This document shows, in pieces, positions 55,431 through 64,000 of a DNA stretch of 64,000 bases. Source of the DNA: Octopus vulgaris. Taxonomy: Eukaryota. Every line of letters begins with the position of its first letter. Position 1 is the first letter of the stretch. The position numbers and the translations under genes are program-made. The DNA is taken from positions 992,001 through 1,056,000 of the forward strand of contig OX597827.1 of assembly GCA_951406725.2 (NCBI GenBank), in the 5' to 3' direction. The notes beneath the pieces are model-generated. The model saw only the letters and a program-made list of their open reading frames with translations. It made no database searches and was not told where the DNA came from.

Positions 55431-56924
55431 CACCCTGAACCACGCTAATTGCTTATGACTGAAATTTAGGATTTCTTGGTTTTCCGAGAATCGATTTTGA
55501 TCAAACTTTCCCCAGCTGCTTTGCACACTATGGCAACACCATTGTTATGTTTTCACTATTCCGTGTAACGTCCTTTCTTTTTCATTTCAGATTCTTAACT
55601 TTTTAGGGTGAACCACGCTAATTTCTTTTGAATGAAAATAGCCCACATTGACATGGTTTTTCGGAAAATTAAGGGTAATTACACATATTAAGCATATATT
55701 GGGTATATATTTAACAGAAAACCATAATAATATTATAACATTTATTGACATAATGAATTAGCCACATGAACGCCATTTCGACAGATAACTTAAAAAACCC
55801 TATTAGTCATGGAATCTATCAATTTCTTAATAGTGACAGGTTGGAACGCCTCTGCCGCAGCTTTGATGGTCGCCCATAATACATCTTTCGACGTAAGTTG
55901 GCGTCCATCAGCATAAACATATTGTTAAATGATGGACCAAAGATTTTCGATAAGGTTGATGATCCGGGATGCTAACGGTCACACCATCGACCTTTCACCT
56001 TGTATGACGCAAGACCCTAGGAATGTTTGGGTGGTCCTATCAGAGTAGGAAGGAGCGTTGTCATGCATGCATACGAGATTCTTTAGAAGTGACAAAATAT
56101 GTCATCTAGTCAGGGATCCTAGACCTCCTTCAAGAGATTGCAGTAGGCAGCTACGGTCACTAACTTCTTCAGGCACCCTGACTAGACCAACAAGTCTATC
56201 CCCAACAATACCGACCCAAAACATGACTCCTCCACCCTGTTGGTGACGCTCATATCCAAAATAAACCCAACCGTCAGGTTCGTCAAGGGTCGTCCTGGTT
56301 TCATCAGTGAACAGAACACAACTCATGTCTAACGTCATGTACTTTTGGACCCATTGAAGCCTCAAACTCTTGTAAAGAGGGAATTTCAGGGGTTCTCGCA
56401 CGGAAGCCATGGTCCCGAGGATGCGATTTCTGGTGGTTTTCGGTACATGAGGAAGTCCGGAGACGGTGAAAATGGCTTTGCTTGTTTGTCTAGGTTTCCC
56501 ACGTAACTTGCGTTCAATATTCCTTAAATCCCTAGCTGTAGTCTTGGAGGTCCCACAATTGGATCGTTTCTTCCTTGGCGCTCATGTGGCTAAATAATTC
56601 ATTATGTCGATAAATGTTATATTATTATGGTTTTCTGTTAAATATATTCTTAATGTGTGCTTAATGTGTACCATTACCCTTCATTTCCTGAAAAAAACAA
56701 ATGTCTAGATGGGCTATTTTCATTCAAAAGAAATTAGCGTGGTTCACCCTAAAAAGTTAAGAATCTGAGATAAAAAAGAAAGGACGTTACACAGAATAGT
56801 AAAAACATAACAATGGTGTTGCCATTGTGTGCAAACCAGCTGGGAAAAGTTTTATCAAAATCAATTCAAAGCAAACTGAGAAATCCTAAATTTCCTTTCT
56901 AAGCTATTAGCATGGTTCTGAGTG
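55431..56924 (-). mobile_element. Tc1-like (IR/DR type) transposon with ~345-bp inverted repeats and truncated transposase
   Basis: IRs at 55431-55775 and 56577-56924; TA on both sides; internal DR GAACCACGCTAATT. Minus strand motifs VLFTDETRTTLDEPDGW, MHDNAPS, NLIENLWSI. Confidence 0.92.
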
Positions 56925-56929
56925 TATAC

Positions 56930-56967
<38 letters not shown>

Positions 56968-56997
56968 CTTTATTGAAGCTGCAAAATTATCACAAAA

Positions 56998-57037
56998 ACT
57001 ATTACTCAGGGTTTCACGTTCCCGTTCGTCGGACAGT
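56998..57037 (-). ncRNA. Minimal hammerhead motif (U4C variant)
   Basis: ACTGT-CCGACGA-ACG GGAA CGT-GAAAC-CCTGA-GTA-ATAGT; stems I and II pair. Confidence 0.62.
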
Positions 57038-57637
57038 TGTAATCAAAACTATATATATATATACACACATACTACTTTATGAAAGCCGAAAAAATTTCGC
57101 AAGCTGTTACCCAGAGTTTCATGTGACCACCATCAGACACATGTGATAATAAAGACTTGTAAAGAAATATGATAATTGTGAATATATTGCGATTCTTCTT
57201 TTCGATTTTAATTTTAAAAAAACATCTTATTCTACGTTTTGGTATTCGAGTACTATCCCCCCCCCCCACTTGTTTTGCACCTATTGTGTGTGTGTGCGCG
57301 CGTGTGCGTGTGTTGTAGAAGATATTTGTCCAAGGTGTCATGCAATGGGACTGAACCCATGACCATGTGGTTGAGAAGCAAACTTATTACTGTACTGCCA
57401 CACCAGGGCTTTTTACAATGTGTTGTTGGTTTTTGCAATGTGTTCGTCTCTGACTATGATTTCCAACAAACTGCTTTTGCCACTCTTTCATACTTTTATG
57501 CATTCATAATGTTTTAATTTGTGTATAGCTTATTTGAGTCCTTTTTGTGTCCGGAGAGAGAGATTGGGAACAGAATACACACATACCTAGTTGTTTTTCA
57601 TGTCTATTACTATAATTAGTCAATTAGTTAACCATTT

Positions 57638-57950
57638 GTGGAGGTGCAATGGCCCAGTGGTTAGGGCAGCGAACTCGCGGTCGGAGAATCGCGGTTTCGA
57701 TTCCCAGATCGGGTGCTGTGTGTGTTTATTGAGCGAAAACACCTAAGAGCTCCACGAAGCTCCGGCAGGGGGTGGTGGCGACCCCTGTTGTACTCTTTCG
57801 CCACAACTTTCTCTCACTCTCTCTTCCTGTTTCTTGAGTAACGCTGCAATGGACTGGCATCCCGTCCAGCTGTGGTGGGGGGCACACATACGCTATAGAA
57901 ACCAGGAAACCTGGTCCATGAAAAGGCTTGAAAAGGGCGACGTTTATCGT
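57638..57950 (+). mobile_element. SINE family C
   Basis: GTGGAGGTGCAATGGCCCAGTGGTTAGGGCAGCG... Confidence 0.88.
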
Positions 57951-58694
57951 TTTAGTTAACCATTTAACGAGTTAACTCATCGGTTATTAATCGTCCGGTC
58001 AGCCAACCAACTCCGTTTGTCAAAGTTCTTTCGTCGCTATTCGTGACTTCCTCAATAACATGACCTCTCTACTCCAAGTCAGTTTTACGTCTATTGTTGA
58101 GTACTGAGTTATTCCTTTTTGAGCATCTAAGAAAAATAAAAGCAATACAGAAGCTAAAGCCACACAACATCCTGAAAATGGGACTGAGATAGCCTGGAAA
58201 CGTAGATAAGAGGAATTCGGAAAATTTGTTGCTGAAAAAAAAGCTGTAACGGTCTGATAATGGGAATTCGAGGAAAAGTTGATGATAATGAAAACAGGAG
58301 ATTAAATTAGATGCAAGGATTCCAGTACATCTTTAGAAAAAAACCCATTCCCCGTAAAGATTTAACTCAGAAGAGGCTATACGAGGGCAAAACTAACTCT
58401 AATGCATCGCAGTCCGACGGTGGCTTAGCTAGTCGAAACTTCACACACGCACGCACGCACGCACACATATGCACACACTCACACACGCACATACACAAAC
58501 ACGCAGGCACACATACACATACACACACACACATACACACACTCACATACACACATACACACACACGCAGGCACACACACACACGCACACACTCACACAC
58601 ACACACACGCACACACTCACACACACACATGCAGGCACACACGCAGGCACACACGCACGCACACACACATACATACATATACCATAATATTTAC

Positions 58695-58721
<27 letters not shown>

Positions 58722-58733
<12 letters not shown>

Positions 58734-59120
58734 GGCAAAATGTCTGTCTGTGTGTGTGTCCTTTATACAAATCCACACTTTTTCAGTTAGAGAGCTCGCA
58801 CTTTCTATGGTCATTCAAAACCGTCCAAGGATCGTCGTGCACATCTTTACATTTCCCCAGTCCCCCCGAAAAGCTAATAAAAAATCAATAGAAGTGACTT
58901 TTTTGTGAATTTTCTATCCAAAACCCAATCAAAATGCCCGAAACTCGATAAACCAATTGAATGCCAGCTAGCTGTATGTGATTGGTCGGAGATTCGGACA
59001 GTACTCGCGTGTATGTGCGCACGCACGCAGCTGTATAGGCTTGCACTAGCACTGTGACCCGGCTGAATGCTTTAGCTTCGTTACTATAGCAACTGTCCGG
59101 ATATTTATTGATCAGATCAC
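58722..59120 (+). mobile_element. Helitron-like non-autonomous element, 5' fragment
   Basis: (TA)n-AAACGGCAAAATGTCTGTCTGTGTG start resembles Helitron/DINE-1-like repeats; no 3' hairpin found. Confidence 0.45.
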
Positions 59121-59441
59121 GTACACATACTATTTCTATCATAATTTATACTTATATATAATACACAAATATACACACACAGACACATATATGGATATAC
59201 ATACATACACATGCTATTTACATTGTCATTCATATATATTTAACACACGCACATACACTCACACACATATAAATATACATACATACATACACACGCACAC
59301 ACACACACACAGACACACACACACACATACTGAAATATGGAAAGTGTGAGGAGTTGGAGGAAGAGAACAAAACATTCACTGAGGAAACTAGGAAATATTA
59401 TACATACATACAAACATACATACAAACACACACACACACAA

Positions 59442-59568
<127 letters not shown>

Positions 59569-61755
59569 CTTTTAAAATTCCTTCATTGCATTTTCACAAT
59601 ACACGTTACATTTAATAAATGTATTCGGTGACATAGAATTTCAAAGAACGTAGGATTTGATCTATTGCTGCCTTTTACTATTTCACTGCAAATATTTTCA
59701 ATATATAATTAATATTGCATTATTTGGTAAACATCTGCCGATTCTATTTGAATAATTTTTACACCTGCTGTGATCTCTTCGGTTATTTTTCCATTGTCGA
59801 AAAATGTAAGTTTTATTTTTAAAAAAATACATTTTTTTCTCAAATTTTTATCATATTCTTAACTTTCTGTTTCCTTTATATTTTCAAAAGATATGTATTT
59901 TTTTGAAGTTTATTATTTATTTGTAGTTTATCTATTTATTTAGCTTACGAATTACCATCGTTCAGGAAATTTGAAAATATAATTTTTAAACAGAATCAGA
60001 AGCGCGCAAACATGTTAACTGCATTGTAGTTCAGTTCACCAAACATGTTATACTGATTTCTTGGTTAAATTGTAACTATTATCTTGATATTGTTTTTGTT
60101 GTTATGGTTGTTGTTGTTGTTATTGTTGTTTGTTCCCGCATTTGATTGTGTGAGTGTGTGGTGTGATTGTCTGTGTATGTATATAAATGTAAGAATTTAG
60201 TAACTTAGAGAACGTGAAATAATTCTGTTTTGGAACGGTGAATCTTGAAGCATATAAAGCTATAAACAACAGTGTATGAATGAATATTGGATTAAAATAC
60301 CTTGGCAACATTCAGCATTTTCTCTCCAAATGTTTTTTTTTACCCAACCTTTACTTGTTATTATTTATAGTTTTACCAAGACGGTGAGCTTAATGGTATT
60401 TCGCCCGTCTTAACGTTCTGAGTTCAATTCCTGCTTCTCAACCACGCAGCCATGTTTGCAATGGGTTAGGTTAACTAACGTATAAAATGAGTTACCTCCA
60501 TTTATGGGCATATTATGTCTAGGACTGTATTAATCAAGATGATATTTCATTTTATGACGTTAGGCTGTGGTTTTAGTGACATTTGACTGTTTTTCTTAGC
60601 AAGTCGAGCAACTACTGGTTCGAATACAACGAATTTTGATTACCTGTTTAGCTCTAAGTCAAACCTAGCTGAACCAACATTTAATCGAAAATATTCTAGA
60701 AAAGAATCGCGACCCAGGGGTAGACCAAGAGGTAGATGATTGGATAATATCTATAGTCTTTACATTATTTACATTCGACGGATATTTGTCGAATGCAAAT
60801 AATATAAATAATGTACATAATTCCTCATCTCTTAAATATAGAACTGTATCTATAATCTTTGTTGGCCAGGCTTGGGATTCTAGCTGGAAAGTCTAATATC
60901 GGTTGCTTATAATGGTGCCCTATAGAGAAGGTGGCTGGGAACTCTTCCCCACGGCTCCCCAAGGAATAGTTGGCGGAAAAGAGGGACGGATGGAAATTGT
61001 AGCTGTGATACCACGTATTTTATTCAAACATCGTGTACCCGAGACCATATCTAATGTATTATTCTTTCCTTTAAGACAGTAAGGTGTCGCGGTTTGGAGA
61101 ATATTTGACAGGTATTTTTAGCAGGTCACTCAGGCATGTAAAGATTCCCTTATGTATGTAGTGGAGAGAAGGGAGTTGTTCAAATTGTTATTATGGAAAG
61201 ATTTGGTGTAATGGTACTGAAGCCTACCTACAAATAATGTGTAGCAGATTCGAAATCGGAACGCTGGACAATCGTGCGGTTGCCACGCTGAGATCATTAT
61301 AATCTGATCAGCCGATCAACTGATCAATCAGCGTCAAACAATCACGGGATTCATCTTCCTGGAACCTTCTCATGAGTCTCATAAAAAGTGGTTAGTTTTG
61401 GTGCTAAATTCATAAGGCCGAGACAGTTGCTTTAACTACTCTCTTCTCAGATTTTTCATTTCCCAGCCACGCAGATTGAAGGTACAGATTGGCCATCATG
61501 AATTTAGCACAATATTTCCCCCGTTGTGATGTCCTAGTCACAGATCTATACATACCAGTTATTTTGTCATTGACTCCAGAGTTTGTCTCACCTATTGTGT
61601 ACAAATTGTTGCTTTTATTTTTCATCCAAATACCAACACAGAAAACGTTATGTACAGTAAATAAAGCATCTGTTAAAATGTTCGTGTGTGTTGTTTATCA
61701 TTTTACACGCAGCCAACAACCAAACCCAACCACGCGACAAATGTATATATTAGAA

Positions 61756-61982
61756 AGGCGGTGAGCTGGCAGAAACGTTAGCACGCCGGACGAAATGCGT
61801 AGCCGTATTTCGTATGTCGTTACGTTCCGAGTTCAAATTCCGCCGAGGTCGACTTTGCCTTTCATCCTTTCGGGGTCGATAAATAAGTATCAGATACGCA
61901 CTGGGGTCGATGTAATCGACTTAATCCGTTTGTCTGTCCTTGTTTGTCCCCTCTGTGTTTAGCCCCTTGTGGGTAGTAAAGA
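61756..61982 (+). mobile_element. SINE family B with probable TSD
   Basis: Full copy flanked by AAATGTATATATTAGAA on both sides (~61739 and ~61987). Confidence 0.92.
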
Positions 61983-62349
61983 AAAAAAATGTATATATTA
62001 GAAGCTTCTTCGAATTTAGTGAGACCGTTTTAGTAGTAGTTATCTACAAGTGTTATAAAGTTCTGGGATAATGTCCTAATTTAATCCCTCAACATTCGAC
62101 ATCCTTCTGATTATGTTTATGTAACTTGACTATAAAGCTGACACAAAATTTTCAAAAAGTATATAAAATTAACAGAATCGGTAAAGGTCAATAAAACGAG
62201 TACCACTGAAGTACTGCTTCGAAATAATTGACTATACTTCCTGCCCGCAAAATGTGTGGCCTTGTGCCAAAGTTATAAATCATTTCTTTTATTATTATCG
62301 TCTGCCATACAAACTTTATTATCACATATCAAACTTGTTCGCTCCTTTC

Positions 62350-63330
62350 TTGGCAACGACTAGCAGCAAGTATAAAGTGCTTCCAGTCGTGTGTGCCGAA
62401 ACGTGTTGAGGCTTGTGAAAAAGGACCCAGGCAATGATAGATAATAGACATAATAAATAGACAATTCCAGGCATACAACTCTGCTCAGCACAGAGGAGCT
62501 AAACAGTTTAGCAATCGTACTCACGAAGAAGACAGTATAATTAAAAATAGAAACTTTTGCGATCCGCAGTCGTTCCAGTCATGACACCGCCACCTCGTTT
62601 AGCGCTTCGTTGAGCAGTTAGAAACTAGATAAGACTAATCAATTTCGATCCCTTTCATGTTTTCAATAGGCTCAGCCCTCGCTATCTAGAAGTTCTTTTA
62701 CTTATACGTAGCTTGTTTGGTCCTGTCTTTCGAAGATGGATTGCTCCAGTATACGACGGCATGTGTTCAGAGATCAAAGTAAAAGGTCACTTATCTGAGC
62801 TATTTCGCATCACGTGCCCCGTCTGTCACGGATCTTCTCCACTTTTGTCTCTTCTGTATGATTTGGTACTCAAGAAATTGATGTAGGAGTTGTATAAATT
62901 GTGAGACTTTCAGATGAAACTGAGTCACAAGACAGTCGTATCAGCATATGCAGAATGTGTCACCGTCATCGCCATACAGCGGAGATGGAGATGACTGGTA
63001 CTCTGCTGGTACAGTGCCAAAGGGGAGGGAGAACATGCGTTAAACAAACAATTCGGCTCCAAGAGAGGCCGGGATCTGCGAGGTCTTCCGCTGGATCGAA
63101 AGTTCACCTAAGGTGATCGAATTCTCATCTGGAGAATATCTCCAGGTAGATAAAATATGAAGAAAGAAGTTGTGAGCCAAGCGGGTTGTTTGTGGGAAAT
63201 TCGCTGGAAGGAAGCTTTCCTTAAAGTTCCTGCTGAAGTAGTTACCACCTACACCACATCGATGGAATACTACTTCCGAGTGCCGCATCTTATCCCATGA
63301 AGCACTTGAATAAACTAAATGCGGCACAGC
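62350..63330 (+). mobile_element. Tx1/L1-like LINE reverse transcriptase remnant
   Basis: Decayed motifs RHTTLLSTE, FGPVFRRWIAPVYDG...VKGHLSELFRI...LLSLLY and VSAYAECVT (YADD position). Confidence 0.7.
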
Positions 63331-64000
63331 AGAGACACTTGCTCATTCTTCAAGTTGACCCTCCATCATTGACGATGTTGTGTCAGAATTTGGAGTTGAT
63401 AAATCAAAGTACCAGTCAAATACTTGGGTCATTCGTATTGACTGACCCCTATCTCTGAATGTGTAACCTTGTTTCTAAAATCATTACAACGTCAAATAAA
63501 AAATACTTTGTGTTATTTGCTCTGGCTCTTTCTATTCTGAGTTCAAATCTAACCGAGGTCAACTTTACCTTTTATATTTCCGGAGTCGATAAAAATAAAG
63601 TTCCTGTATGAAGATCGATATGATCAACTGGTCCCTTCCCCACAAATTTTCTGAGCTTGTAGCTATTTTACAAATTATTAGACGATCAGTGGACTGGCAG
63701 AATTGTTAGGGCGTTGGACAAAATCCTTTGCTGTACTTCGTCCGATTTTTTTTTTCCCTCTTGGGTTCGAATCACGCCGTGATTAACTTTATCTTTTATC
63801 CTTCGGGATCAATAAAATAAATGTACCAGTCATATACTGAGATCGATGGTAAGGACTAAGCCCCTCCCTTCAATTCTTCTAGTCTTATTCCTGAATTATA
63901 AACTATTAATCTTTTGCTTCAAATTTTGGCACACCGACCCCGAAAGAGTGCAAGGCAAAGCAATCTTCGTGGCATTTGTGTTCAGAACATAAAGAGCCGT

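Noticed and set aside
60860-60895. Twister ribozyme (minus strand TCCCAAGCCTGG)
   Set aside because: Only the central word matches; P1/P2 and the GAGGG pseudoknot partner are absent.

Overview
Repeat-dense, AT-rich metazoan genomic DNA, very likely octopus. This is inferred from the cephalopod-type protocadherin and octopus-like tRNA-derived SINEs. The only intact protein-coding unit is one ~2.7 kb exon (17999-20699, +) encoding a 6-EC protocadherin with signal peptide, TM helix and the start of the cytoplasmic tail; it ends at a GTAAGT donor. The rest is microsatellites and decayed mobile elements: Gypsy, RTE (with an inverted 5' half), R4/Dong-like, Tx1/L1-like, Tc1/mariner, hAT MITEs, Helitron-like elements and three SINE families. 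Almost all ORFs in the track are microsatellite artefacts. The most interesting unannotated signals are: (i) about 10 hammerhead-ribozyme motifs, including one apparently intact type I hammerhead inside a 432-bp terminally redundant unit (retrozyme or Penelope pLTR-like); (ii) a 31-bp minisatellite that arose inside a hAT MITE whose unexpanded sister lies 2 kb away; (iii) a Tc1 element whose 5' end is replaced by an inverted copy of its own 3' end; (iv) loss of the EC3-EC4 calcium-binding motifs in the protocadherin. I cannot show from sequence alone that any of these is a wholly new system. All alignments and folds were done by eye and repeat boundaries are approximate.
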